A stretch of 32,000 bases of DNA from Candidatus Electronema aureum (GTDB taxonomy: Bacteria > Desulfobacterota > Desulfobulbia > Desulfobulbales > Desulfobulbaceae): assembly GCA_004284765.1 (NCBI GenBank), contig NQJD01000002.1, positions 120,001-152,000 of the forward strand. Reading direction: 5' to 3'. The position numbers and the translations under genes are program-made. Below are positions 20,323 to 30,934 of the stretch, piece after piece. Under the pieces are notes generated by a model, which ran no database searches, was not told where the DNA came from, and was given only the letters and a program-made list of their open reading frames with translations. Position 1 is the first letter of the stretch. Each line of letters opens with the position of its first letter.

Positions 20323-22401
20323 GTGGTTGAAGGCGGATCGTTGGCCCAAGTGCGCAATATAGGGATAATGGCCCATATTGACGCAGGCAAGACTACAACT
20401 ACTGAGCGGATACTGTATTACACAGGCCGTTCCCATAAGATGGGTGAGGTTCATGACGGCACAGCGGTTATGGACTGGATGGAGCAGGAGCAGGAAAGAG
20501 GAATTACGATTACCTCTGCTGCGACTACTTGTTTCTGGCGGCAGCATCGAATTAATATTATTGACACACCGGGACACGTTGATTTCACCGTTGAAGTCGA
20601 ACGTTGTCTGAGAGTGCTGGATGGAGTGATTGCAGTTTTTTGTGCAGTCGGCGGAGTGGAGCCGCAGTCAGAGACAGTCTGGCGGCAGGCTGACCACTAT
20701 CGAATTCCACGAATCGCCTTTGTCAACAAAATGGACCGAATTGGGGCCGATTTTGACAGGGTGGTAGGGGAGATCGAAACGCAGCTGGGAGCCTGTCCGG
20801 TATCAGTGACTCTACCCGTAGGAAGTGAGGATACTTTCACTGGGATTGTTGACCTGATTGAGCAAAAACTTCTCATCTTCGATGAGAAGACCCAAGGCGA
20901 AACAGTCTTGGTAAATGAAGTACCTGAAGCATTACGAAGCAAATCATCGGCTGCACGTTTGTATCTTCTCGAGAAGTTGGCCGACTTCGATGAGGGGATC
21001 ATGGAAAAATATCTGGAAAATCAGGATATCTCTCCTATCGAAATACGTAGTGCCTTGCGAAAGGCGACTTGTTTGCTCAAAGTAGTACCTGTGCTGTGTG
21101 GTTCAGCTTTTAAAAATAAAGGCATTCAGTTGTTGCTGGATGCAGTTGCGGATTATCTGCCGTCGCCATTGGATGTTCCGCCAGTTGAGGGGCCAGATAA
21201 AGACGGTGTCTTGCTGATACGGAAAGCCGACAGTCAAGAACCGTTCTGCGCTCTGGTTTTTAAGTTGCAGACAGATGTTTTTGTTGGCACCTTGGCCTTT
21301 ATTCGGGTTTATTCTGGTGAGCTGAAAACCGGCAGTAGGGTGTTTAATCCGCGCAAGCAGAAAAAAGAGAAAATATCTAAGCTGATCAAACTTCATGCCA
21401 ATAAGCGTGAAGAGATCGACAGTATCAGCGCAGGAGATATCGGCGCGGTGGTTGGCCTTAAATTTGCCTCTACCGGTGACACCCTGTGTATGGAAGGCGA
21501 TTCCATTGTGTTGGAAAGCATGGATTTTCCTGAGCCAGTGATCGGTATCGCGATTGAAGCGAAAACTAAGGCTGACGAAATCAAACTGGCAGAAAGTTTG
21601 GACAAGATAGCTTGCGAAGATCCGACTTTCCGTGTTAGCCGCAATGAAGACACCGGCCAGAAGATCATCTCCGGTATGGGCGAGTTGCACTTAGAGATCA
21701 TTGTTGATCGGTTAGTGCGTGAATTTAAGGTCTCTGCCAATGTGGGTACACCCCAAGTGGCGTATAAAGAAACCATCACTCGTTCAGCGCAGGGTGAAGG
21801 CAGATTTCAAACTCAGGCCATTGGCAAGGAGCAGTACGGCCATGTGGTGGTGCAGTTTGAGCCGATAGAGCGAAGTGGTGGCGTAAAATTTGAAAATAAG
21901 GTCAATGAAGAGCTGATACCTGCCTTATATCTCAAGGCGATAGAAAAAGGTATCCGGGATTCATTGGATTCAGGGCCGTTGATTGGTTATCCGATGACTG
22001 ATCTTTGTGTGCAATTGGTTGGTGGCTCGTATGACGAAGAGCATTCCACCGAGATGGCTTTTGGTGTGGCTGCTGCACTGGCCTGTCGAAAAGCGGCAGC
22101 TGAAGCTGGAGCCGTGTTGCTGGAGCCGGTTATGGCTGTTGAGGTCGTTGCGCCGGAAGACTATCTTGGCGAAGTCATCAATGATCTGAATAAAAAAAAT
22201 GCGCAGATAGAAGCTGTAGAGGCTGCACGGAACCTACAGGTAGTTAAAGCGAGGGTTCCTCTTGCACAGATGTTCGGTTATTCGACGACATTGCGTTCAG
22301 CCACTCAAGGAAGGGCATCTTTCACCATGCAGTTTGAGGCATTTGCAGAGGTTTCGAGCCGACAGGCTGAGGCCATCATACATAAGATTCGAGGCGTTTA
22401 G
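20323..22401 (+). CDS. fusA: Elongation factor G family GTPase in the str-operon position, with a divergent domain IV
   Basis: 692 aa. G motifs [21 protein letters not shown] and SAFKNKG are present. A GTG start gives 10 residues before RNIGI, as in canonical EF-G, but the SD is weak, so the start is moderately uncertain. See the findings for the domain IV peculiarities. Confidence 0.88.
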   Translation: MVEGGSLAQVRNIGIMAHIDAGKTTTTERILYYTGRSHKMGEVHDGTAVMDWMEQEQERGITITSAATTCFWRQHRINIIDTPGHVDFTVEVERCLRVLDGVIAVFCAVGGVEPQSETVWRQADHYRIPRIAFVNKMDRIGADFDRVVGEIETQLGACPVSVTLPVGSEDTFTGIVDLIEQKLLIFDEKTQGETVLVNEVPEALRSKSSAARLYLLEKLADFDEGIMEKYLENQDISPIEIRSALRKATCLLKVVPVLCGSAFKNKGIQLLLDAVADYLPSPLDVPPVEGPDKDGVLLIRKADSQEPFCALVFKLQTDVFVGTLAFIRVYSGELKTGSRVFNPRKQKKEKISKLIKLHANKREEIDSISAGDIGAVVGLKFASTGDTLCMEGDSIVLESMDFPEPVIGIAIEAKTKADEIKLAESLDKIACEDPTFRVSRNEDTGQKIISGMGELHLEIIVDRLVREFKVSANVGTPQVAYKETITRSAQGEGRFQTQAIGKEQYGHVVVQFEPIERSGGVKFENKVNEELIPALYLKAIEKGIRDSLDSGPLIGYPMTDLCVQLVGGSYDEEHSTEMAFGVAAALACRKAAAEAGAVLLEPVMAVEVVAPEDYLGEVINDLNKKNAQIEAVEAARNLQVVKARVPLAQMFGYSTTLRSATQGRASFTMQFEAFAEVSSRQAEAIIHKIRGV

Positions 22402-22430
22402 GCGTATTAAAGGACAAGAGGTAAGGCGGG

Positions 22431-23621
22431 ATGGCAAAAGAAAAGTTCGAGCGGACGAAACCGCATGTCAATGTCGGGACCATTGGTCACGTTGATCACG
22501 GGAAAACCACGCTGACAGCGGCGATCACCCGTGTGCTGTCCACCAAGGGGCAGGCTCATTTTGTTGATTTCAGCGAAATTGATAAGGCACCTGAGGAAAA
22601 GGAACGCGGTATTACTATCGCTACCGCCCACGTGGAATATGAGACAGTAAAACGTCATTATGCCCACGTTGACTGTCCCGGCCATGCCGACTACATTAAG
22701 AATATGATCACCGGTGCAGCCCAGATGGACGGGGCAATTCTGGTGGTGGGTGCAGACGACGGCCCGATGCCACAGACCCGTGAGCACATTCTGCTGGCGC
22801 GTCAAGTCGGTGTGCCGGCTATTGTCATCTTCCTGAATAAATGCGACATGGTTGATGATGAAGAGCTGATCGAGCTGGTAGAGATGGAGCTGCGCGAGCT
22901 GCTCGACGTTTATAAATTTCCCGGCGACGACACTCCGATTATTCGCGGTTCGGCTTTGATGGCTCTTCAGAATCCAGAGGAAGCGGATAAGGCTAAGTGC
23001 ATTTGGGACCTGATGGATGCAGTTGATAGTTGGGTTCCCCAGCCGCAGCGCGATATTGACAAGCCCTTTTTGATGCCGGTTGAAGATGTTTTTTCGATCT
23101 CCGGGCGCGGTACTGTGGCCACAGGCAGGATCGAAAGCGGTATTATCAAAGTAGGTGATGAGGTTGAAATCGTGGGTATTAATCCCACTCAGAAGACCAC
23201 GATCACCGGCGTAGAGATGTTCCGCAAGATTCTCGATGAGGGTCAGGCAGGCGATAACATCGGCGCATTATTGCGCGGCACCAAGCGCGAGGATATCGTG
23301 CGCGGCCAAGTTTTGGCCAAGCCCGGCTCAATCACACCGCATAAGAAGTTCAAGGCTGAGGCCTACATTCTGACTAAAGAGGAAGGCGGTCGCCATACAC
23401 CTTTCTTCAACGGCTATCGCCCACAGTTCTATTTTAGAACGACGGATGTGACTGGTATCTGTACACTTGAAGAAGGGACAGAGATGGTTATGCCGGGCGA
23501 CAACGTGCATATTACTGCCGAGCTGATCTCGCCGATTGCCATGCAGGAAGGTCTTCGTTTCGCCATCCGCGAGGGCGGTCGTACCGTCGGTGCAGGCGTT
23601 ATTGTCAAAATTCTTGAGTAA
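22431..23621 (+). CDS. tuf: Elongation factor Tu, copy 2
   Basis: 396 aa, with an amino-acid sequence identical to copy 1. It occupies the canonical fusA-tuf-rpsJ position. Confidence 0.97.
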
Positions 23622-23628
23622 CAGCGGG
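22431..23628 (+). repeat. Direct repeat unit 2 (tuf plus 7 nt), paired with 5844-7041
   Basis: Same evidence as repeat unit 1. The start-to-start distance is 16,587 bp and the orientation is the same. Confidence 0.9.
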
Positions 23629-23644
23629 CAAGTAAGAGGAATAC

Positions 23645-23959
23645 ATGATCTCCACAGATAAAATTCGCATTAGGCTCAAAGGATACGACTACAAGCTGCT
23701 TGACCAGTCGACCTCAGAAATCGTCGAGACTGCGAAGCGTACAGGGGCAACGGTGGCTGGACCGATTCCGCTGCCGACCAGCATCAATAAATACACTGTG
23801 CTTAGGTCGCCTCATTGCGACAAAAAATCTCGTGAGCAATTTGAAATGCGGACGCATCGTCGTTTGCTCGATATATTAGAGCCGACGCAGCAGACCATTG
23901 ATTCGCTTATGAAGCTACAGTTGTCGGCAGGTGTTGACGTGGAGATCAAGCTGCCGTAA
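23645..23959 (+). CDS. rpsJ: 30S ribosomal protein S10
   Basis: 104 aa, containing [16 protein letters not shown] and PIPLPT. Confidence 0.96.
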   Translation: MISTDKIRIRLKGYDYKLLDQSTSEIVETAKRTGATVAGPIPLPTSINKYTVLRSPHCDKKSREQFEMRTHRRLLDILEPTQQTIDSLMKLQLSAGVDVEIKLP

Positions 23960-24042
23960 TATGCGGCGGTCTGATTGAATTAGCCGGGGATCCAGCGGGC
24001 TGGTTCCGTTTTTGAACAGAGTTTAGCATTACAGGTAAGCAA

Positions 24043-24678
24043 ATGCCGAATACAAATGGAATACTGGGACGGAAACTGGGCATGACCAGAGTGTATAACG
24101 AGTTTGGTCAAGCCAGCCCCGTCACCGTCATAGAAGCTGGTCCCTGTGTTGTATTACAGAAGAAGACTGTCGGTAAAGAAGGATACAACGCCGTTCAAGT
24201 CGGATTCCGGGAGAAAAAACCGTCCAGATTAAATAAGCCTGAAGTAGGTCATTTTAAAAAATCAGGTGGGACTGGATATTATCATGTCCGTGAATTCAAA
24301 GTGGAAGATCCGAAAATCTATGAATTGGGTCAGCAGGTCAACGTCACAGAGGTCATCAAGATCGGTGACAAGGTTGACGTTACTGGACGTGCCAAGGGCC
24401 GGGGTTTTCAAGGCGTAATTAAACGCCACGGATTCAGCGGCGGCAGAGCGACACATGGTTCAGATTTTCAACGTCAGCCCGGCTCTATCGGCAGCAGTGC
24501 CTATCCCAGCCGCGTCATTAAAGGTAAAAAAATGCCGGGACACATGGGAACAGACAAGCAGACTGTCAAAAATCTCATTGTGATTGATATTCGGGTAGAG
24601 GAAAATATTCTGCTGGTGAAGGGTGCGGTTCCCGGCGCAAAGAACGGCTTGGTCAGTATTTATATCAAGAAGGCATAG
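24043..24678 (+). CDS. rplC: 50S ribosomal protein L3
   Basis: 211 aa with GILGRKLGMTRVY and GRGFQGVIKRHGF. Confidence 0.96.
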   Translation: MPNTNGILGRKLGMTRVYNEFGQASPVTVIEAGPCVVLQKKTVGKEGYNAVQVGFREKKPSRLNKPEVGHFKKSGGTGYYHVREFKVEDPKIYELGQQVNVTEVIKIGDKVDVTGRAKGRGFQGVIKRHGFSGGRATHGSDFQRQPGSIGSSAYPSRVIKGKKMPGHMGTDKQTVKNLIVIDIRVEENILLVKGAVPGAKNGLVSIYIKKA

Positions 24679-24702
24679 GCTGCCTTGCAAGGGAGAGGAC
24701 TC

Positions 24703-25326
24703 ATGTCAGTTTGTGATGTAATGAACACCTCGGCGGAAAAAATCGCAGAGATAGAGGTTAGCGATAGCCTGTTTGGTGTTTCGGTAAACACTGGAATTCT
24801 TCATGAAGTAGTTTGTATGCAACGCGCCTGCCGTCGCAGAGGGACAGCAGCAACTAAGACCAGAGGCATGGTAAGCGGCGGCGGCATCAAACCGTGGAAA
24901 CAGAAAGGGACTGGTCGGGCTAGAGCCGGCAGCAGTAGATCACCTGTGTGGTGTGGTGGTGGTACTGCTTTTGGGCCGCAGCCGAGAGATTATAGCTATA
25001 GTATGCCAAAAAAAGTGCGGCGCTTGGCACTGCGTATGGCTATGTCAGCCCGGATGTCGGAAGGCAATTTGGTCATTCTTGATCAGTTTGAAATGGCCTC
25101 TCCGAAAACTAAAGAATTTGTTGGTGTAATGAAGAATTTTTCCTTTGATAACTGCTTATTAGTGGTGGAAAAGGAGAATGAAAATGTGCAGCTTTCAGCC
25201 CGTAATGTAGTCGGTTACAAAATTTTACCGGTGGCTGGGCTGAATGTTTACGACATTCTGAAGCATGACAAGCTTATGATTGTCAAGTCAACTCTGGAGC
25301 AGCTGGAAGCGAGGCTGATGGTATGA
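24703..25326 (+). CDS. rplD: 50S ribosomal protein L4
   Basis: 207 aa from ATG 24703 (GGAGAGGA upstream), containing KPWKQKGTGRARAGS. The ORF-track TTG start at 24685 is less likely. Confidence 0.9.
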   Translation: MSVCDVMNTSAEKIAEIEVSDSLFGVSVNTGILHEVVCMQRACRRRGTAATKTRGMVSGGGIKPWKQKGTGRARAGSSRSPVWCGGGTAFGPQPRDYSYSMPKKVRRLALRMAMSARMSEGNLVILDQFEMASPKTKEFVGVMKNFSFDNCLLVVEKENENVQLSARNVVGYKILPVAGLNVYDILKHDKLMIVKSTLEQLEARLMV

Positions 25327-25613
25327 AAAGCATTTACGATATAGTCAAAGAACCGTGCCTGACCGAGAAGTCCAATCAACTTCAGGAGACGCAGGGTACA
25401 CTGACCTTCAAAGTTGCTCCAGAAGCAAACAAGATAGAGATCAGGAAGGCGGTTGAGCAGTTGTTTGATGTCAAAGTGTCTTCTGTGCGAACCGTCGCAA
25501 TGCGCGGCAAGAAAAAACGGGTCGGCGCAAAATCCGTCGGGCGTACCAGCGATTGGAAAAAGGCCTACATCACGTTGTCCGAAGGGAAAATAAATTATCT
25601 CGACGAGCTGTAA
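25323..25613 (+). CDS. rplW: 50S ribosomal protein L23
   Basis: 96 aa. It has an ATGA start/stop overlap with rplD, and the protein contains LTEKS and KKAYITL. Confidence 0.94.
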   Translation: MKSIYDIVKEPCLTEKSNQLQETQGTLTFKVAPEANKIEIRKAVEQLFDVKVSSVRTVAMRGKKKRVGAKSVGRTSDWKKAYITLSEGKINYLDEL

Positions 25614-25689
25614 GTTACAGGAGCAGCATTTCTCTTGGGACTGCGGACGAACAACAGTGCAACGCTTTTACAGATAAACGGAAAGGAAA

Positions 25690-26514
25690 ATGGCAATCAG
25701 GACCCATAAACCGACATCACCGGGCAAAAGGCATCAGGTATCAGTTGTATTGCCTGATCTTTCTGACAAGGCACCTGAAAAGAGCCTGCTCAGGCCTTTG
25801 AAGAAAACCGGCGGACGCAATGCTTACGGACGGATTACCGCCCGGCATATAGGCGGTGGTCACAAGCGTCAATATCGTATCATCGATTGGAAAAGAAACA
25901 AGACCGGGGTGCCGGCAAAGGTCACTGCCCTTGAGTATGATCCCAACCGATCTGCCCATTTGGCTCTGTTAACCTATTTGGACGGCGAAAAAACTTATAT
26001 TATCGCTCCAGCTGGGATCAGCGTAGGCGACATGTTGACTGCGGGAGCAGATGCGGATATCAAGCCAGGTAACTGTCTGCCGATGAGCAATATCCCTCTT
26101 GGTACGATCATTCACAACGTGGAGATGAAGATCGGCAAAGGGGCACAGATTGTCCGTTCTGCCGGTACGGCAGCGCAGCTGATGGCCAAAGAAGGCGAGC
26201 ATGTTTTGGTTAAGCTGCCTTCCGGTGAAGTACGCAAGTTCAATAGCCAGTGCCGGGCTTGTATTGGCGCGGTGGGCAATTCCGAATACAGTAGCAGGAA
26301 GTTGGGCAAGGCAGGACGGGCGCGCTGGGAAGGTACAAGACCTTCTGTTCGCGGCGTTGCCATGAACCCAGTGGATCATCCTATGGGCGGCGGTGAGGGT
26401 AAAAGCTCTGGCGGACGGCACCCATGCACTCCTTGGGGTATGCCGACCAAGGGCTACAAGACCCGCAGGAGAAAGAAGACCTCCAGCCGGGACATTGTCA
26501 CCAAGCGCAAGTAA
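25690..26514 (+). CDS. rplB: 50S ribosomal protein L2
   Basis: 274 aa, starting [14 protein letters not shown] and containing [16 protein letters not shown]. Confidence 0.97.
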   Translation: MAIRTHKPTSPGKRHQVSVVLPDLSDKAPEKSLLRPLKKTGGRNAYGRITARHIGGGHKRQYRIIDWKRNKTGVPAKVTALEYDPNRSAHLALLTYLDGEKTYIIAPAGISVGDMLTAGADADIKPGNCLPMSNIPLGTIIHNVEMKIGKGAQIVRSAGTAAQLMAKEGEHVLVKLPSGEVRKFNSQCRACIGAVGNSEYSSRKLGKAGRARWEGTRPSVRGVAMNPVDHPMGGGEGKSSGGRHPCTPWGMPTKGYKTRRRKKTSSRDIVTKRK

Positions 26515-26532
26515 CTCGAGGAGAATACTAAC

Positions 26533-26811
26533 ATGGCGCGTTCAGTCAAAAAAGGACCTTTTGTGGATGGCCACCTGATGAAGAAGGTGGAAACTGCACA
26601 GGGTTCAGGAGCAGGAAAAGTTATAAAAACATGGTCCAGACGTTCTGACGTTGTTCCCGATATGGTGGGACTGACCTTTGCTGTGCATAACGGCAAAAAG
26701 TTCATTCCGGTATATATTTCGGAGAATATGGTTGGACATAAACTGGGAGAGTTTTCTCCGACCAGAACCTATCACGGACATGCGGCTGACAAAAAAGCCA
26801 AACGCAAGTAG
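26533..26811 (+). CDS. rpsS: 30S ribosomal protein S19
   Basis: 92 aa, starting [12 protein letters not shown] and containing [11 protein letters not shown]. Confidence 0.97.
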   Translation: MARSVKKGPFVDGHLMKKVETAQGSGAGKVIKTWSRRSDVVPDMVGLTFAVHNGKKFIPVYISENMVGHKLGEFSPTRTYHGHAADKKAKRK

Positions 26812-26860
26812 TCAATAGCACTAACCGGCCTGGAAACAGAGCGAGATCAGGAGTCATACG

Positions 26861-27193
26861 ATGGAAGCAAGAGCCGTCGCTAAATACATTCGAATATCCC
26901 CGCAGAAGGCGAGGCTTGTAGCTGATGTTGTCCGGGGAAAAGACGTAGAGACAGCCATCACCACCCTCAGGTTCATGCCCAAAAAAGCAGCACGTATTCT
27001 GCATAAGGTGTTGGAGTCTGCTGTCGCTAATGCCGAGCAGACCGAGACTATTGATGTGGATACGCTGTATATAAAGGAAATCCAGATCAACGGCGGGCCG
27101 ATGCTGAAGCGATTCCGGCCTCGTGCTATGGGCAGAGCTGCTAGGATATTGAAACGGACCAGCCATATCACAGTGGTTGTTGACGAAGCCTGA
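26861..27193 (+). CDS. rplV: 50S ribosomal protein L22
   Basis: 110 aa with [16 protein letters not shown] and RPRAMGRA. Confidence 0.96.
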   Translation: MEARAVAKYIRISPQKARLVADVVRGKDVETAITTLRFMPKKAARILHKVLESAVANAEQTETIDVDTLYIKEIQINGGPMLKRFRPRAMGRAARILKRTSHITVVVDEA

Positions 27194-27248
27194 ATAGGCT
27201 AGTTTTTATAGTTTTTGAGATCAACGCACAGGGAACACGGAGGACACG

Positions 27249-27899
27249 TTGGGACAAAAAGTCAATCCCATAGGGCTGCGGCTCAACATCACCAGAACCT
27301 GGGATTCGATCTGGTATGCTGACAAAGATTACGCTGCCAATTTATATCAGGATCAGCAGATACGCAAATACCTGAAAAAGAAGCTATACCATGCTGGCAT
27401 ATCTCGCATCGTCATTGAGCGGACTGGAGAAAAAGTTCGGGTCAAATTATTCACGGCGCGGCCTGGCATAGTTATTGGCAAAAAAGGTTCTGAAATTGAG
27501 AATCTGAAGCGAGACATTGAGCAAAAGTTTGGCTGTGAATGTATGCTTGACATTCAGGAAGTCAGGCGGCCTGAAGCTGATGCACAGCTTGTCGCGGAAA
27601 ATATTGCCACTCAGCTAGAAAAACGTATTGCCTTTCGCAGAGCAATGAAAAAGGCTATCAGCACTGCACTTAGATTTGGGGTCAAGGGAATCAAAATTTC
27701 CTGCTCCGGTCGTCTTGGCGGTGCGGAGATGTCCAGAACCGAATGGTTCAAGGAAGGCCGGGTGCCGTTGCACACACTGCGGGCGGATATCGACTATGGC
27801 ACCGCAGAAGCCAGTACCACCTACGGCAAGATCGGAGTGAAGGTCTGGATATTCAAAGGCGAAATATTAACAGACAGTGACATGTCTAACGACCAGTGA
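27249..27899 (+). CDS. rpsC: 30S ribosomal protein S3
   Basis: 216 aa with a TTG start after GGAGGA. The protein starts (M)[11 protein letters not shown] and has the KH-domain sequence [12 protein letters not shown]. Confidence 0.95.
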   Translation: MGQKVNPIGLRLNITRTWDSIWYADKDYAANLYQDQQIRKYLKKKLYHAGISRIVIERTGEKVRVKLFTARPGIVIGKKGSEIENLKRDIEQKFGCECMLDIQEVRRPEADAQLVAENIATQLEKRIAFRRAMKKAISTALRFGVKGIKISCSGRLGGAEMSRTEWFKEGRVPLHTLRADIDYGTAEASTTYGKIGVKVWIFKGEILTDSDMSNDQ

Positions 27900-27928
27900 T
27901 TGCACGGAATGCTGGCAGGTGTTGAAAA

Positions 27929-28345
27929 ATGTTAAGTCCACGCAAGGTAAAGCACAGAAAGCAGCATAAAGGCAGAATGCGGGGCGATGCCCAGCGCGGC
28001 TCCCAGCTTGCATTCGGCGATTATGCACTGAAGGCGGAAGGATGCGGGCGTATGACTGCACAGCAGATTGAGGCCGCACGTATCGCCATCAACAGACAGG
28101 TGAAACGCGGTGGCCAGCTGTGGATTAGGGTCTTCCCGGACAAATCCATCACCAAAAAGCCAGCTGAAACCCGCATGGGCGGAGGCAAGGGCGCACCGGA
28201 TCATTGGGCTGCGGTTATTCACCCGGGCAGGATACTGTACGAGCTGAAAGGTGTGCCTGATGATGTGGCGAGGGAAGCACTTCGACTTGCTTCTTACAAG
28301 TTGCCTTTTCCGACCAAGATCATCGCAAGGAGCAGTACGATATGA
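27929..28345 (+). CDS. rplP: 50S ribosomal protein L16
   Basis: 138 aa, starting [17 protein letters not shown] and containing [10 protein letters not shown]. Confidence 0.97.
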   Translation: MLSPRKVKHRKQHKGRMRGDAQRGSQLAFGDYALKAEGCGRMTAQQIEAARIAINRQVKRGGQLWIRVFPDKSITKKPAETRMGGGKGAPDHWAAVIHPGRILYELKGVPDDVAREALRLASYKLPFPTKIIARSSTI

Positions 28346-28533
28346 AGACAAAAACCAGCGAACTGCGGCAGATGAACGGTGAGGAGCTGCGGAAGCAAGA
28401 GACGGAGCTGCGTGAGGAGCTGTTCAAATTGAAATTTCAGCACGGGATACGGAAGCTGGAAAATCCTTCTCGTCTGCGACAGCTGCGGAAGAATATTGCC
28501 AGAGTCCAGACCGTTCTGACCGAACAGGCGTAA
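28342..28533 (+). CDS. rpmC: 50S ribosomal protein L29
   Basis: 63 aa. It has an ATGA overlap with rplP and contains [20 protein letters not shown]. Confidence 0.93.
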   Translation: MKTKTSELRQMNGEELRKQETELREELFKLKFQHGIRKLENPSRLRQLRKNIARVQTVLTEQA

Positions 28534-28568
28534 CCTTGGTTTAATTACAGCACCGGACCATAAAAAGA

Positions 28569-28829
28569 ATGAGCGAGAATTCAAGCACGAGAAAAACCCA
28601 GCTGGGCTGCGTGAAGAGCAGCAGCATGGATAAGACGGTGGTCGTCACGGTCGAACGGAAAGTCAAGCACAAGTTGTACGGCAAGTACATTCGCCGTCGA
28701 GTCAACTACATGGCCCACGACGCAGCCAACCAATGCAAGATTGGGGACACCGTGCTGATTGAGGAATGTCGGCCGCTTTCAAAGAACAAACGTTGGCTTG
28801 TCAGGACAATTGTCCAGCAGGCCGTCTGA
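28569..28829 (+). CDS. rpsQ: 30S ribosomal protein S17
   Basis: 86 aa with [24 protein letters not shown]. Confidence 0.94.
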   Translation: MSENSSTRKTQLGCVKSSSMDKTVVVTVERKVKHKLYGKYIRRRVNYMAHDAANQCKIGDTVLIEECRPLSKNKRWLVRTIVQQAV

Positions 28830-28869
28830 TTGATATTGACAACGGCTTTTGAGTGCAAGGTGATATACT

Positions 28870-29238
28870 ATGATTCAAACAGAATCCAGACTGAATGTCG
28901 CTGACAATTCAGGTGCCAAAGAAGTGCTCTGCATACGCGTGTTAGGCGGCAGTCGCCGTCGCTACGCCAGCATTGGAGACGTGATTGTCGTCACCGTGAA
29001 AGAGGCACTGCCTCATGCGAAGGTCAAGAAAGGCGATGTCCTCAATGCCGTCGTCGTTCGGACGACCAAAGAGATCAGTCGTCCTGAAAATACGACCGTT
29101 CGTTTTGACGACAATGCCGCCGTGCTGCTTGCAGGAAGCGGCGAGCCGGTAGGAACACGAATTTTCGGGCCAGTGGCCCGTGAACTGCGGTCTCTCGGTT
29201 TTATGAAGATTATATCTCTTGCGCCGGAAGTACTGTAA
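28870..29238 (+). CDS. rplN: 50S ribosomal protein L14
   Basis: 122 aa, starting [18 protein letters not shown]. Confidence 0.97.
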   Translation: MIQTESRLNVADNSGAKEVLCIRVLGGSRRRYASIGDVIVVTVKEALPHAKVKKGDVLNAVVVRTTKEISRPENTTVRFDDNAAVLLAGSGEPVGTRIFGPVARELRSLGFMKIISLAPEVL

Positions 29239-29274
29239 AAACAGAAATGCGGATCAGGAAACGAGGATAAGAAG

Positions 29275-29622
29275 ATGCGGCAGGGACAGACAAGTTTGCA
29301 GAAAAACGATCAGGTTGAAGTAATTGCCGGCAAGGACAAAGGACGGGTCGGCAAGATTCTCAAGATTGACCGGGTGGGTAGCAGAGCAGTGGTCGAGCGC
29401 ATAAACATTATGACGAAGCATCAAAAAGCCGCCAATGCTCAACAGCCCGGCGAGATCGTCAAAAAGGAAGCTCCCATTCATATCTCGAATCTTATGCTTG
29501 TTTGCCCTGAGTGCGCGAAGACAGTCCGCACAGGGAAAAAGTTCCTTGAGGACGGCACGAAAGTTCGGGTCTGCAAAAAATGTGGTGCTACTCTAACAGG
29601 ATCCGGAAATTCCGGAAAGTAA
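29275..29622 (+). CDS. rplX: 50S ribosomal protein L24 (C-terminal Cys4 variant)
   Basis: 115 aa. The KOW motif is GDQ-like ([18 protein letters not shown]), and the C-terminal region has CPEC-x19-CKKC. Confidence 0.93.
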   Translation: MRQGQTSLQKNDQVEVIAGKDKGRVGKILKIDRVGSRAVVERINIMTKHQKAANAQQPGEIVKKEAPIHISNLMLVCPECAKTVRTGKKFLEDGTKVRVCKKCGATLTGSGNSGK

Positions 29623-29655
29623 GCAATCTGCCGGTTACAGGACGGAGCAAATAGA

Positions 29656-30231
29656 ATGGCTACAATAAAAGAACTGTACGAAAATGAGTGCAGACCGCAA
29701 CTCCAGAAGGACTTCGGATATAAAAACAAGCTTGAAATCCCCAAGATTGAAAAGATCGTTATCAATATGGGACTGGGCGAAGCAGTGCAAAATCCAAAGA
29801 TTGTGGAAAAAGCAGCTGGTGAGCTGACCATGATCGCAGGCCAAAAGGCGGTGGTCACTCGGGCGAGAAAGTCCATTGCTACTTTTAAGCTGCGCGAAGG
29901 AATGCCTATTGGTACATGTGTAACTTTGCGCAAGGACAGAATGTATGATTTTCTGTCCAAGTTGATTAACATTGCCCTGCCGCGTGTACGTGACTTCCGA
30001 GGTATTTCTGCCAAAGGTTTTGACGGTAGCGGAAATTTTTCGATGGGTGTCAAAGAGCATATCATTTTTCCTGAGATCGATTATGATAAGATCGATAAAA
30101 TCAGAGGAATGAATATCACCATCGTCACCAGTGCTAAGACAGATGACGAAAGCCGTGCCTTGCTGGCCATGTTGGGTATGCCATTCAGACAGCAGAAAAC
30201 GGAAGAAAGCAAGAGTGGCATCAGCCAGTAA
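29656..30231 (+). CDS. rplE: 50S ribosomal protein L5
   Basis: 191 aa with [15 protein letters not shown] and [18 protein letters not shown]. There is a short hydrophilic C-terminal extension. Confidence 0.96.
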   Translation: MATIKELYENECRPQLQKDFGYKNKLEIPKIEKIVINMGLGEAVQNPKIVEKAAGELTMIAGQKAVVTRARKSIATFKLREGMPIGTCVTLRKDRMYDFLSKLINIALPRVRDFRGISAKGFDGSGNFSMGVKEHIIFPEIDYDKIDKIRGMNITIVTSAKTDDESRALLAMLGMPFRQQKTEESKSGISQ

Positions 30232-30261
30232 CGGTGTGAAAACTACAGCAGGAGATTTTCA

Positions 30262-30447
30262 ATGGCAAAAAAATCATTAATTGCCAAGGCAGGACGAAAG
30301 CAGAAATTTGAAGTACGCGCCTATAATCGGTGCAAGCTCTGCGGGCGGCCAAGAGGATATCTGAGAAAATTCGGCTGCTGCAGGCTCTGCTTCCGTAAAC
30401 TTGCGTCGGAAGGCAAAGTTACGGGCGTGACCAAGTCAAGCTGGTAG
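30262..30447 (+). CDS. rpsN: 30S ribosomal protein S14, short zinc-binding (type Z, C+) form
   Basis: 61 aa with CKLCGRPRG and CRLCFR, ending in SSW. Confidence 0.95.
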   Translation: MAKKSLIAKAGRKQKFEVRAYNRCKLCGRPRGYLRKFGCCRLCFRKLASEGKVTGVTKSSW

Positions 30448-30507
30448 TATAGTCTGCCGGGGCCGGGTGTCAGGCAATTAACGCATATTTTTTAGAGGTA
30501 AATTCGG

Positions 30508-30906
30508 ATGTCTATGAGTGATCCGCTGGCGGATTTTCTGACCAGAATACGAAATGCTGTACGGGCAAATTTTGACACGGTAGAAATCCCGCAGTCAATG
30601 CTGAAGGTGAGGGTAGCTGAAGTTCTGAAACAAGAAGGCTATATCACTGATTATCAGCTTGGCGACGAGGGTGTTCAAGGTACCATCAAAATTGAACTGA
30701 AGTACGGCCCAAACAGAGAGCAGGTCATCACCGGCATCCGCCGGGTTTCTAAGCCAGGACTGCGGCAGTACAAAAAAAGTGAAGCTATCCCTAAAGTGAT
30801 GAGCGGACTCGGCGTGGGCATACTGACTACCTCCAAGGGAGTGATTTCTGACCGCGAGGCAAGAAGGTTGCATGTCGGCGGGGAACTCCTCTGTGAAGTA
30901 TGGTAG
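30508..30906 (+). CDS. rpsH: 30S ribosomal protein S8
   Basis: 132 aa, starting MSMSDPLADFLTRIRNA. ATG 30514 is an equally plausible start. Confidence 0.93.
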   Translation: MSMSDPLADFLTRIRNAVRANFDTVEIPQSMLKVRVAEVLKQEGYITDYQLGDEGVQGTIKIELKYGPNREQVITGIRRVSKPGLRQYKKSEAIPKVMSGLGVGILTTSKGVISDREARRLHVGGELLCEVW

Positions 30907-30934
30907 CCGTTCGGCCAAAGAGGAGATATAAAAA

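Noticed and set aside
28836-28869. TTGACA at 28836-28841 in the rpsQ-rplN gap, considered as a possible spc-operon promoter.
   Set aside because: The only reasonable -10 match (TATACT) is 22 nt away and sits directly against the rplN ATG. The region in between is the rplN SD (AAGGTGA). The spacing is incompatible with a functional sigma-70 promoter.
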